64,000 nt of DNA from Adineta vaga (Eukaryota > Animalia > Rotifera): the NCBI GenBank assembly GCA_021613535.1, contig CP075495.1:8742001-8806000 (forward strand), in the 5' to 3' direction. The position numbers and the translations under genes are program-made. Below are positions 39,122 through 51,906 of this stretch, piece after piece. Every line of letters starts with the position of its first letter. Position 1 is the first letter of the stretch. Below the pieces are notes generated by a model. The model saw nothing but the letters and a program-made list of their open reading frames with translations, had not been told where the DNA came from and did not search any database.

Positions 39122-40800
39122 ATCTTTCTTTATTCGATAAACAAACAAACAAACAAAAATATCAACATTGCATTTACGACATATCATTCACAAAAAGCGA
39201 TCACATCACATCTTGATTTATGTTACTGAACCTGCAGAATACTCATCAAACATCAACAAAATCACTAACCAAGTTTCCCTTCCAGTTTTCCAATCACAGC
39301 AGTCAAATCTTCCATCCACTGCCAAAGGTGTCTACCTATCACAATCGATCGAACACTATGAACATCAGACGAATCAGAATGAATCATCTTCGAAAATTCG
39401 ATTCGATCATTGACTTCATACATTGATTGCCATGATTGAGAATACACATACAATACATTTCGATATCGACAAATTATTTGATCTTTCAGACTTGTCTGAA
39501 TCTTCTTAAAACGATCATCAATTTTTTGTGCAAAAAAATCGTCGAGATGACGCAGATCATCGATGGTATTCGAAAAGTAGATCATTGCATTGTGTGCTTC
39601 TAACAACAGCTTTATCAAATACTCCTGAAAAACAAGGCATATTTCATAAAGTGTTTCGTCAATTTCATAACTATACTTTGCCGATGTTACTCTTTTGAAA
39701 GAAATGAAGATGGTAGTACAAAGATGGGAGACTAGCATGAGTGCTGTTCATCTCGATGTTCACATATTTATTTAGTGTACCCATTGTTATCCTCTGTTTG
39801 ATCTACATAATATACAAGATGACATTTCATTTCTGTACAATCACAAATGAACATCACTTACTTCTTGTTCAATCTCGAGTGTTGTTCGAGCAATTTCTTG
39901 TGCTTTGCGGGCAATAGTTGCAAGTTCATCTTTGACACATAACAGACCACGATTAATTTGACACATGTGATCATTGATTGATCCTTGTTCACTCAGTGAA
40001 ATCACAAATACAAAGTAAACAATAATGGTAATAAGTATCATGTTCATGGATGCCACAGGCATTGATTCAACTAAAACACACAGAGATCATCGCATTGTTT
40101 CATTGTTCTATCTCATGTTTAACATTCGGTTGTTCTTACTTTGCTAATATTTTGAATGGTGAGTCTAGCTCTTGGTTCAGATCAACAGACGATCAACGTC
40201 GAAAGTAGAAAAGAATGATCTAAATATCATGTCAAACATGTATTTTGAATATGAATGAATGAATGAATGAATGAATGGAGATGAGAAAAACCACGGAAGA
40301 AGATTCACAACAAGAAAACAGGAAAAAGACACTACCTTCTCTATCTATCTCATTCTCTGGAAATATGATCATCGCTCTGACGATTCAAGTGATAAATCAC
40401 GTAATATATACTGGTAGTAGCTCAAGCTACCCACTCGCTTCACTTATTTTTTTCCAAAATCAGTGTTTGATGAAGTCAAGTTTTGGAAAAAACCTACTTT
40501 TCTTCGATTTTGCAATGAAAGATAAGGCTAGTGTTCAATATGACGCGATTTTTGTTGTGAATGATATTGATTGTCATGATCAATAGTGAGTGATTGGTTC
40601 GATTGAGAAAATATTATGATAGTGAGATAAGAATCGGATAGCAGACATAGTCTGAGTGGGTTTGAAATCTAAGATAAATATCGATAGTATTGATCAAGTC
40701 TGAGTGGTTGTTGCAGTGTTGCGTGGAAGAATGGTGTGTATGATTTTGAGAAAACCCTAGATGAAAATCAGGCAAAAATGTATCAAACGATATGGAAAAA
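39122..40800. repeat. ~1.7 kb segmental duplication carrying A2 with its 3' UTR and upstream region (second copy ~47379-49037 carrying A3)
   Basis: Colinear near-identity with a constant 8253-nt offset across the CDS; the (TGAA)n microsatellite is longer at ~40252-40276 than at ~48499-48512. Confidence 0.92.
39265..40062 (-). CDS. Secreted four-helix cytokine/prolactin-like protein, copy A2 (exons 40062-39862, 39802-39677, 39624-39265; 228 aa)
   Basis: Signal peptide, CQINRGLLC, helix KDELATIARKAQEIARTTLEIEQE|IKQR, loop NSTHASLPSL, and helices EYLIKLLLEAHNAMIYFSNTIDDLR, KIDDRFKKIQTSLKDQIICRYRNVL, RSIVIGRHLWQWMEDLTAVIGKL. Confidence 0.75.
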
Positions 40801-41131
40801 TCGTAGATTCTCATAATCATGGTGGAATACGAAAGTTTAAATTGAAAGTAGTTTGCTACAATGAGAATTCAGTTTACCACTGCTGATCGTATTATCCACT
40901 TTATTTACGTGAAAACAAAAAATAGTTTCCACTATATTATATGATTCCTTGCTATTGTATGAACTTACCGAGACAAAAAATATAGTGTAATGACATTAAA
41001 ATGCCTCAAATTTTAAATAATCATAATGATGCGAAACTGTCACAAAATGTCGTTCAGAAAGATCATTAAAATGATTCATTTTTTAGTTGTGAAAATGGTT
41101 TTGAAGATGACAAAGTAATGCTTACGATAAA

Positions 41132-41287
41132 TTCGTTTTTCCTGATAGTTTCACATCATTATAATTATTTCGATAACAGCTACATATACTTATTTGACCA
41201 ATGCTAGAAAACTGTTTTGTAGCCGATGCATGACTCTACCTAGTATCGAAATAATTATAATGGTGTGAAACTATCAGAAAAAACGAA
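41132..41287. mobile_element. Small inverted-repeat (MITE-like) element, ~44-bp arms
   Basis: ttcgtttttcctgatagtttcacatcattataattatttcgata (41132-41175) is the near-perfect reverse complement of tatcgaaataattataatggtgtgaaactatcagaaaaaacgaa (41244-41287). Confidence 0.65.
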
Positions 41288-41619
41288 GCTAACACGAAAA
41301 ACAAAGATTTAATTATAAAATCTAAGAAGATATATCCTGTCCAAAAAAAACTAGTCCATTCGATTCAGAATTTAATTCTGCACTGAATAGTGATACTTTT
41401 ATTCACGGGACAAGCTTTGGAAAAATAGTCACGCATATCTTTATTTTTCTCCTATGCAAGAGAAAACATAGATAAACATTTTCCAAAGCTTGTCCCTTGA
41501 ATAAAAGTATCACCATTCGATGCAGAATTGAGTTCTGAATCAAAAGGACTAGTTTTTATGAACGGGACATATTTTCTTAAATTTTCTAATTAAGTCTTTG
41601 TTTTTCGTGCTGGCTCCGT
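41283..41619. mobile_element. Foldback/MITE-like element, ~140-bp imperfect inverted arms around a ~50-bp spacer
   Basis: Left arm acgaagctaacacgaaaaacaaag...gggacaagctttggaaaa pairs with right arm ttttccaaagcttgtccc...ctttgtttttcgtgctggctccgt. No coding capacity. Confidence 0.7.
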
Positions 41620-43145
41620 CGTACTAGCATCAAATCAATGAAGGGGAACAATGAAAAAACTCTGGAGAGAGAGTATATATATAATAAGTTTATTACCAAT
41701 TGGATACATTATAGAAGAACTTAAAATACAGGAAAATTTAGTTTTCATAAGATATATTAAAATTTTACTTTTTCGCAATAATATTCCAAAACTTTTAAAT
41801 TTGGACTTTAGCTATAACCGATATCGGAAGCTATGATGACTATTTAATTCTCTATAGGAATGTGCTTAGAATTTAGGTTTTACTCGTAATATCCAGAAAT
41901 TGCTTTCTATATCATCTTTGTTATAGATTCAACAATGACGACATATTTCGTCGCTGTAGAAAGGTTTCATTTCTTTCCAGTCAGATAATACAGTCTTATA
42001 GCGTTAGATCTTTCGTATATAGTGCGATGCTGATTCAATAAAGACAGAAGAAATTCGACACCGTTAAAAATTTCGAAGAATTTCAAGTAAAGCGAATCGT
42101 TTCCCAGAAAAAAATTTGAGTTCAGTGGTGTTATGAAGCCTAAAATTCTTTCAGATTCGACAGTTACCAATTTATTTTATAGAAAATCGTGCACAAGTTA
42201 ACATTTTCTTAAAGAGTTGTTTGTTATGTCGTCGTTCGAATCAAAAAATCTTTTGAACTATTGTGTGTAAATCTATCTTTCATCGGTAAATATTATTAAT
42301 CCATATTATCTTAAAAAACTATGCGTATTGTTTTAATTAATTCAAGACTCAAAAGCTCAAAGTTCGTGATTATGAAAATGATCACAATGGTCCATTTTTA
42401 AGGCATAACGCATTTTAACAATTTCTCTAGTATTTTTCGACAAAAATAGTGCATTTTAACGGACAAAATGGTTTAGCTACGGAAAATAATCCATTTTAAT
42501 GACCATTTCTCCATTATTTACTTGGTAGGGTATAGTCGTACATGCATTTTATCACTTTCACGAAATATCATGAAGTATCATCACATGAAACTGCAAAGTA
42601 ATATCTAGCCTTGAGGATGCCGCGCATTCAGGTATCTAACAAATTTCATGAATTATTCTTATGACTTCAAGATACACTTTAGAAAAAACAGTAGAAGGTT
42701 TTTTTTACAAATGATAATAATAGTTTGTTCGTCGCTCATTTATTTTGATCTGCTAGTTATGCACTTACGCTACGTAAAGGAAATATAATTGTAAATGGGC
42801 TATTTCCTTCTTTTGTTGAAGGTATCTCATTGATACTGATATTGTTAATCAGGACATGCACGTTTTGCATTGGCTTATATATATTGATATAGTAATCTAA
42901 TAAGACTAGAAATTTTCTACGTCTTCGTCCTTTATAAGGAACGAGATAATAAACGCATGGATCTGATTCATCTACGCACCATTGTTTTAGACATTCACAT
43001 ACTTCTTATTCAACTTTGCCATCATTCTTTAGATTCTCATACTCCTGGATTCAGAAATCATGTCATTCATTCATTCACTTTCACCAGTTAACAATCTTTA
43101 TTGAAATCATCATCATCGTCTTCTCACATCATCATATTTAGTTTA

Positions 43146-44109
43146 CTACAAAAGCTTCTTTTCAAGAATGTCAACCGTATAGTTGATCAGTTCCATCCAT
43201 TGTCGTAACAATCGAACAGTAATCACGATTTGAGTATGATAAATACATGATGTTATGTCACGTTTTCGTGTTCTTCCCACCTCGATTCCGTCGATGTCAT
43301 TGGTTGATGACCATTTTTCTGCATAGGTATGAAGAATATCTCGATAGTTGCAGATCATACCTTCTTCTAAAAGCTGTTCAATCCGATGAAATAAAGCATT
43401 GTCACCATCTTCTTTCGAAGCAGTTTCAGCTTGCCGAAGATTGACAATTGATTTGTAGAGATAACTGACTGCATAATCAGCTTCTTTGATCAGATGAACT
43501 AGATCACTCTAAACAAAACGAACAAACACGTTCATAGGTGTGAAGAAATGAACGAAATGCACTGCTTACTTTATCGATATTGTTCATGTGCATGAACTGA
43601 TCATGAGTTTTGGATGATGGAAAAGTGATGTTGAGGATGGTTGTTTTGTAGATGATGTTATTTTCGAGTGTGACCTTGTTTGGATCTCGTCGATGCTAGA
43701 AAGAAGATGAATAGATGGGTGGTTGTTTGACGAAATGTTGTGCGAAAGAATATAGTTACAATGTTTTCTTCGATTTGAAGTGTAAGAGGATGGATTTGAT
43801 TTGCTGTTGTGCGTATTTCTTGGAGTACCTCGCGAGCACAAAGAGTAATTGTAGTTGTAGGACAAATATCACGATTCACTTTCCCCTGTTCTTTACCGTT
43901 CGCAAACAGAAGTAAAAGTATGAGGATAATAGCACGGAATGCTGGCACATTGAATGTCTAAATAAATCGAATTGATACTTCATACATTTATTAGTCATTT
44001 TTTTCCAACGATTATGTTTTCTATTATATCTAGCGTTTATTCGGCGAATATCTCTTCTCATTCAGGTCTACATCAGTTACTAATGATATCTTACCAATTT
44101 CACGATCAT
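43146..44109 (-). CDS. Secreted four-helix cytokine/prolactin-like protein, copy B2 (exons 44109-44095, 43957-43760, 43695-43570, 43508-43146; ~233 aa)
   Basis: MIVKL|TFNVPAFRAIILILLLLFANG signal. The mature region is almost identical to B1 (constant 7447-nt offset) with the same intron positions. Confidence 0.75.
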
Positions 44110-45935
44110 ATCCAAGACAACTGAACCGTACAGTTTAACGGTCACTGCTACAAATATTTTTTCTAATCCGTACCAGCCATATTTCACGCCTTTTATATGC
44201 AATCATCCTCTCTGTCTCTCTTCCTTGGAAATAAGAAACTAACACGATTTGGAATAGAAAACAATCTATATCATGATTATCAAAATCGACAACACTGTTG
44301 ACATGATATTTCTGGTATAAAAAACAACGTCGTTGACGTCGCATTCTACGTTTATTGTCTTGTGATTATGGCGTTTGTGTCTGTGCTTAACTTGGAAAAA
44401 TACGAGATCAACTATATTTTTTTGAGAGTTGGACATAGAAATGAAATGATGGATGATGAACAAATATTGTTGTCTTCATTTTAGACGCAACAGTTGATAT
44501 GAGTTTCTTGGAAAGAAAGTGAAAAAGAGCGGTTAATAAATACATGATGATGGAAAAAAAGAAGAAGATTAAGACGAATTAGGTGGAAAGAGTCGTGTTT
44601 TCAGACATAGATGTGATAATGAAAGTGGTATGATATTTTAGTTCTGAAGAAAGATGCTGTATGATTTGTTAAATGTAAATGAAGGCTGATATTGTAGTGG
44701 AGAGATGAATCTGATATGAAAAGAGAAAAAGTGTAAGATGAATGAGTATTGACAACATTTACTTAGATTTATTCAAAATTGAAATTGATTGAACTTATTA
44801 TGGATAGCGGTTCATATGAAAGTAGTAAAGATTTTCTTAAAAGCGATATGTCGTCAAGCGTAGTTCGTTGAGCTCACGAATAAGTATATAGGGCACGGTA
44901 TAATGAATGCATTTCTTATATGTAGATGATATGTGTTCAAACACGAAAACATACTTGAATGAAGTAGTAGAATGAAATTTTTACTTTACATGTACAGGAA
45001 GCGGAAATTCGTAAGATTAATTTCGAAATGAAAAAACAAACAATTATATTTTATTTCAAAGAGTGGCGTGATTTTATTAAGGATCACAGGGAAAAATAGA
45101 TCATAATGTTTTGTTGCATAAAACAGAGAAACGAAAGTGGTGATATCAAGCTTGTTCTTGGCCATTTTCTTTCTAATTTTCCTGTTACTATATTTTTTTA
45201 AAATGAATATAACTAGTTATATTAAAGGGTGTGTCTTTAGTCGACTATAAAAGATGTAATGACATTCGTGAGATCCTTATCTTTCTACGAATGATAACGA
45301 AACCCGAGAGTACAATTTTTATTAAGTCATAGAACAATATACCAAAATTGTGCATTAAGATAAACAACAAAACAAGAAAATATTTGACCTTGTATCGCAG
45401 ATGTGCTTCGCAAAAAATAAACGAAATTAGTTACTAGAAGTTCGTCATTGTTACATACAAACAATGGATGTTTTAACAGCAGAGAACAATGTTATTACAA
45501 GAAACGAACAAATTGGTCAAAACTGATTTTTTTCAAATTTGTTTTCATCGTACAAAACGTTCTCTTTATTCCGTTAAAATTTGTTCGATTTTACACGTGC
45601 AAATATGCGTTTTCGTTTCTTTTCGTTTTCCTATTCGAGGAGAAGAACATTGCATTTATGATTGTGTACATTCAGAACAGTAAAACCTATTGATGGCATT
45701 AAAATGTCCTACTAAAATTTTCGCATAATAGTAAGTTAATCGGAAAAAAATTGTTCGCTTCGAATTCTTCTTTCTTTATACCATACTATAGGAATAATGT
45801 CTTAAAATATATTTATGTTTTCTATAGATTTCATTTGAAAATCAAATATATATGTATAACTTTCTCAACATGATATACATTGATACAGTATAAATTAAGA
45901 TAAAACCACGAAATTCACACGAAACTATTTCAATA

Positions 45936-47105
45936 ATGGATATCGTTTATAGAAACTTGTCTTTTAGGAATAAAATATATTTTATATTAATTGGTATTCT
46001 GCTAATTACTAGCATTTTAGTTACAATCATATATATTCGCAATCATAGAAAGAAATATTCTACGAGTCCATTGGAAATCGATTTCTATGGTGATTATAGT
46101 GATACTCATGTATTAACAACACGTATATGCTGTTTTATATTAACAGCACCAAAGTATTTCCTGACTCGTGCAAAAGCAATTAATGATACATGGGCTTCAC
46201 GATGTGATCGATATTTTTTTGTTTCAGAATATGCGATTGATATGATGACATCCGAAGAACTTAATTTTACTCAGCACATACCAATTGCACCATTGAAAGA
46301 ACTTAATGCTGGTTATACACATTTAACACAAAAATCAACTCTATCATTTATACATGCCTATGAAAATTATCTGAATGATTATGAATGGTTTGTTAAAGCA
46401 GATGATGACACATATTTGGTTGTAGAAAATTTAAAAGCTTTTTTAAGTGAACAAAACGCATCTGAACCCATCACATTTGGATATAATTTCAAAGTAATAA
46501 TTTATTTCTTTGCATGAAAAGTTTAAAAAATGTTACTTGCTATTAAGCAGAAAATAACTAAGACAATAACAGTAAACGTTTTCTTGGAAATCTAGTTGAA
46601 GGAGAATAATTTGAGTTTGTAGCGATATTCCTTCTTGATATAGTTATTTCCTATTTTATTTTTAGATTCTAGTTTCTAAAGGATATCATTCAGGTGGAGC
46701 AGCATACGTACTCAGTCGAGAAGCAGTACGACGATTTTATGAAGCTCATCATAATCCGAACTCAAAATGTCGCAAAGATGGTGGTGCTGAAGATGTTGAA
46801 ATAGCAAAATGTTTACGTAGAGAAGGTGTCTATCCAGGAAAATCATTGGACGATCATAATCGTGAACTGTTTCATCCACTTTCATTCACCGATCATTTTT
46901 ATGGTTCACTTCCTAATTGGTTAGAAAAAAATGCTGAAAATCCATTAAAAGTTGTAAGTATATTCTAATCAGATTATTTCTGTTGATCCAACGATACATA
47001 TTCCATTTTCAGTACTACGATTGTTGTGGTGACCAAACTATTTCTTTTCATTATATTCCGCCTGAAGGTCAATATTTGTTGGATTTTCTAATATATTCAT
47101 CTTGA
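45936..47105 (+). CDS. C1GALT1: Core-1 beta-1,3-galactosyltransferase (T-synthase-like), paralog b, 3 coding exons
   Basis: Type II TM; RICCFILTAP..FLTRAKAINDTWASRCD; EWFVKADDDTYLVVENLK; GYHSGGAAYVLS; EDVEIAKCL; CCGDQTISFHYIPP. Catalytic-domain intron positions are the same as in paralog a. Confidence 0.9.
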
Positions 47106-47517
47106 ATTATATCAAACATCTGACAAACAATTTATTATAGTTATGGCTTCAGTCAAATAACCCGACATGCACATACTTGTTCGATTTTTTATTTTCCTAT
47201 TGTTTAGTTTTAAGTTGGTTATTTATATACTTGTCTATAGTTACTAATCATATCAGTAATCGGCTGTTTCCGCTTCGTTCAATATACCTATTTTAATAAT
47301 GATGACCACTTAATCATCTAATATTCGGGACATTTCCTTCGACCTCTTATGCATATTGTATTCTTCTTATATTTTCTTATCTTTCTTTATTCGATAAACA
47401 AACAAACAAAAATATCAACATTGCATTTACGACATATCATTCACAAAAAGCGATCACATCACATCTTGATTTATGTTACTGAACCTGCAGAATACTCATC
47501 AAACATCAACACAATCA

Positions 47518-48315
47518 CTAAACAAGTTTCCCTTCCAATTTTTCAATCACAGCAGTCAAATCTTCCATCCACTGCCGAAGGTGTCTACCTATCACAATCG
47601 ATCGAACACTATGAACATCAGACGAGTCAGAATGAATCATCTTCGAAAATTCGATTCGATCATTGACTTCATACATTGATTGCCATGATTGAGAATACAC
47701 ATACAATACATTTCGATATCGACAAATCATTTGATCTTTCAGACTTGTCTGAATCTTCTTGAAACGATCATCGATTTTTTGTGCAAAAAAGCCCTTGAGA
47801 TGACGCAGATCATCGATGGTATTCGAAAAGTAGATCATTGCATTGTGTGCTTCTAACAACAGCTTTATCAAATACTCCTGAAAAACAAGGCATATTTCAT
47901 AAAGTGTTTCGTCAATTTCATAACTATACTTTGCCGATGTTACTCTTTTGAAAGAAATGAAGATGGTAGTACAAAGATGGGAGACTAGCATGAGTGCTGT
48001 TCATCTCGATGTTCACATATTTATTTAGTGTACCCATTGTTATCCTCTGTTTGATCTACATAATATACAAGATGACATTTCATTTCTGTACAATCACAAA
48101 TGAACATCACTTACTTCTTGTTCAATCTCGAGTATTGTTCCAGCAATTTCTTGTGCTTTGCGTGCAATAGTTGCAAGTTCATCTTTGACACATAACAGAC
48201 CACGATTAATTTGACACATGTGATCATTGATTGATCCTTGTTCACTCAGTGAAATCACAAATACAAAGTAAACAATAATGGTAATAAGTATCATGTTCAT
48301 GGATGCCACAGGCAT
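47518..48315 (-). CDS. Secreted four-helix cytokine/prolactin-like protein, copy A3 (exons 48315-48115, 48055-47930, 47877-47518; 228 aa)
   Basis: Near-identical to A2 with a few amino-acid changes (RTT>GTI, LDDFF>LKGFF, IIC>MIC, LWQW>LRQW, GKL>EKL, terminal G>V); splice sites intact. Confidence 0.75.
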
Positions 48316-50576
48316 TGATTCAACTAAAACACACAGAGATCATCGCATTGTTTCATTGTTCTATCTCATGTTTAACATTCGATTGTTCTTACTTTGCTAA
48401 TATTTTGAATGGTGAGTCTAGCTCTTGGTTCAGATCAACAGACGATCAACGTCGAAAGTAGAAAAGAATGATCTAAATATCATGTCAAACATGTATTTAT
48501 GAATGAATGAATGGAGATGAGAAAAACCACGGAAGAAGATTCACAACAAGAAAACAGGAAAAAGACACTACCTTCTCTATCTGTCTCTTTCTCTGGAAAT
48601 ATGATCATCGCTCTGACGATTCAAGTGATAAATCACGTAATATATACTGGTAGTAGCTCAAGCTACCCACTCGCTTCACTTATTTTTTTCCAACATCAGT
48701 GTTTGATGAAGTCAAGTTTTGGAAAAAACCTTCTTTTTTTTCGATTTTGCAATGAAAGATAAGGCTAGTGTTCAATATGACGTGATTTTTGTTGTGAATG
48801 ATATTGATTGTCATGATCAATAGTGAGTGATTGGTTCGATTGAGAAAATATTATGATAGTGAGATAAGAATCGGATAGCAGACATAGTCTGAGTGGGTTT
48901 GAAATCTAAGATAAGAATCGATAGTATTGATCAAGTCTGAGTGGTTGTTGCAGTGTTGCGTGGAAGAATGGTGTGTATGATTTTGAGAAAACCCTAGATG
49001 AAAATCAGGCAAAAATGTATCAAACGATATGGAAAAATTCATATTCAAATCGAAAGAGTTTAAGAGGATGTTTCGAAGGAATTTTTTGAAAATTTCTCGA
49101 AAGAAGAAATAGTTGAATTGTTTGGAGTTTTATTTGGTTTTTGCATGTTTTTAGTCTGTGAAATGATATTTAGTTTGATCTGTATGACAGTCAATTGTAC
49201 TTTTACGGAAAAGGAAGAAAGTTTACATGAATTTTTTATTTGCGAAGGAAACATGCGCCCTTGAATATTTGAAAATGTTGTTTATGTCAAATATAATAAC
49301 TGTTGTTTTGGAAGAAATTTGATTCAACTGAAGCCCCTCAGCTCAGTAATCTGTTTTTCAGGATAGAAACGTTTATTATGATGCCTTTTTTATATGAGAA
49401 GGTGTTTGGAATTAGAAGTAACATTTACATTGAGGTAGAATATATGGTATCGATTTTTAAATAAATATTTACATTGTTGTCTACGTGTTTTCTTAGTGAA
49501 CGCGATAAATATAAGAACGTGATACAGATGACCGCATTCTAAATTGTGCTGTATACTTCTTCGAATTTACGTATGATGTGATTTAACTTTTATTTCAATC
49601 TGATTCTGGTATAAAGTTGTAAATAAAATTATTATTATCGCATATCATTAAAGCTGATATATTGCTTTGTCATTTGTAATTGAAAACCTTCATGATTATA
49701 ATAGTCTCAACAGTTATTCAATCTTTTTAGCTTGAAAAATATACTGTTTGAATTTACACATATGCTTGTGAAAGAATCTTCCTAGATATATTTTTCTAAT
49801 GATTGCAATCATTCGTGAATTTATTTGATATACTTCTTAAGATTTAAAAATATCAATAAGAATATAAATAGATTAATAGCAAATTTTCAACTCAAGCCTC
49901 CACAAATTCGTTACTAGAATGTGTTACTGATGTAGAGCGTACTTTTATAGATAGCATATTTTCATATGGTTTGTGCCGAAATCTAAGCGATTAATCTATC
50001 TAGTTTCTTTATCAAATGATTTAGTATTGTAACCATTTTGTAGATCTAATAATGGTAATAGTGGAGGAAGTTTGCTATTGAAGCTTGATGTTCTTTTCTA
50101 TGGTTTCCACAACCAATCATGTAAAAAGAAATTTAATAACTTGCAAGTTGTTGAAAAGGTACAAATATTGATTTTAACAAACAAATATAATGAGGTTTAA
50201 AAGCTATGGACGTAGTTGTTTTTTTTAATAATCTCACTTAATTTACATTCAGTAATGTTCATATTTAGTTCAGTTATAGAAATTCTTTAACGTTTAATAT
50301 TTTCTTGCGCTATTAATTCTCATATTCAGATCAGTGTGAGAAAAACAAACATAAAACACTTCTGATCAGTTAATATGTGCGGGTGTATGAAATGAATTGA
50401 AAACGAATGATATATAGCTTCTGATGATTGCCATGTTTTCTTTTTATTCAGAAACAAAACTAATATATATTTTCAGTTTCCTTATGCTTCCACATAGCTA
50501 ATAGATAGATCATACAAATCAAATATTAGCTTTGCAAGGAAATAACAGGAAGTTGATTTCGATGGTCAAATTAGCT

Positions 50577-51107
50577 TTATGTTGAAGCTGGTTGATTTGA
50601 GTTTGGTCCACGACGACGACCAAATCCAGCAACCTTGTTCACAAATCGCTGTTTGTATTGAAGACGACGTTTAGCACGACCAGTTTTCTTCTTACGTTTT
50701 TCTTGTTTCGCTACCTATATTATTCGATTCGATTCGATAAATAGTTCATTCAAATATTTTTACTTTTGGTGTTTGTCCTTTGACTTTACCAGCACGAGCT
50801 AATGAACCGTGAACTTTACCACCGAATAATTTCACAGTAGCATCGAGTGTTGAACCAGATACAAGACCGAATTGTTCAACAGTTTGTTCGTCACTCATTG
50901 GTGTACCATTTAAACTTAAAACAAGTTCATCAATTTCAATGTCATATTCTTCAGCAACATATTCCTAAAATGATAAACAGTAATTAAATCTTGTTTCAAA
51001 GTTCAATTATTAGCGGTAGAAAAACGTACACGAATATCTTGAACAGTGTCGTCTTTTTCAAGATCGAGTGGTAAAAGTTCGGAAGCACCACGAACAAAGA
51101 TTTGCAT
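50577..51107 (-). CDS. FAU: FUBI-eS30 fusion (40S ribosomal protein S30), canonical copy, 3 coding exons
   Basis: MQIFVR...ubiquitin-like...KLFGG|[44 protein letters not shown]...RRGPNSN. Confidence 0.95.
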
Positions 51108-51906
51108 GATTGTTTTTGTTGTTGTTATAAAACAATAGACGAACAATCTAATAATACATACAAAAATATATCACAAAACGTAAATTTGATACTTTGAAAA
51201 GATCAATTGATAAATTATAACTATCTACTATTTACAAATTTCAAAGATATATTCCACTTCATAATCTATGGAATAAACAATTATATATTCATGGTAAAAT
51301 CAAATCAAACAAATGGTTGAATTTTAAACCAAAAACACTGATTGGTTAGACTGTATCATTCTACAATCCAATAAACTTTCTTCATATATGATATGATGAT
51401 GCGTACGTATGGAAACTGATATTCGTATGTCCGAACAGTAAATTACTAGCATGTGTAACTTATACTATGATGATTATGAAATTTATCATTCGATCATTGT
51501 TATATACAAATCTAAGAAGTTTCATAATAAACTTTAGTTATGGGAAGTTCTTGTGTTTTAGAACCAGAAACTTTTGAAGATAAAAAATTTCAGAAAATGA
51601 ACTATATATCGCTTATATACGAAGGTACAAAGGTAACTAACTAGTATACTTCTTTATACATCTAGACAAGACAGAACTTTTATTAAAATGGATATATGAT
51701 TTATTAAATTAAAATTTCATTCAATCAATGTAGCTTAAAAAGAATTTTATATGGAAATATTGACAAAAGGAACAACATTGAATACATGTCAATAGATTAG
51801 TAAAATAAAAAAAAATCACTGAGAGATACAAATTTGTATTTGCTAAATAAAAATTCTCACTCTACATTATCAAATACGAGAAAGTTTTGTGAACATTCGT
51901 ATAGTT

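Noticed and set aside
40275-40586. Plus-strand 103-aa ORF duplicated at 48511-48762
   Set aside because: It lies in the upstream region of A2/A3, starts in a microsatellite and is frameshifted in the second copy; the similarity is explained by the segmental duplication.
49333-49350. GCCCCTCAGCTCAGTAAT resembling a tRNA 5' end
   Set aside because: No anticodon arm, T-loop (GTTCRA) or acceptor stem follows.
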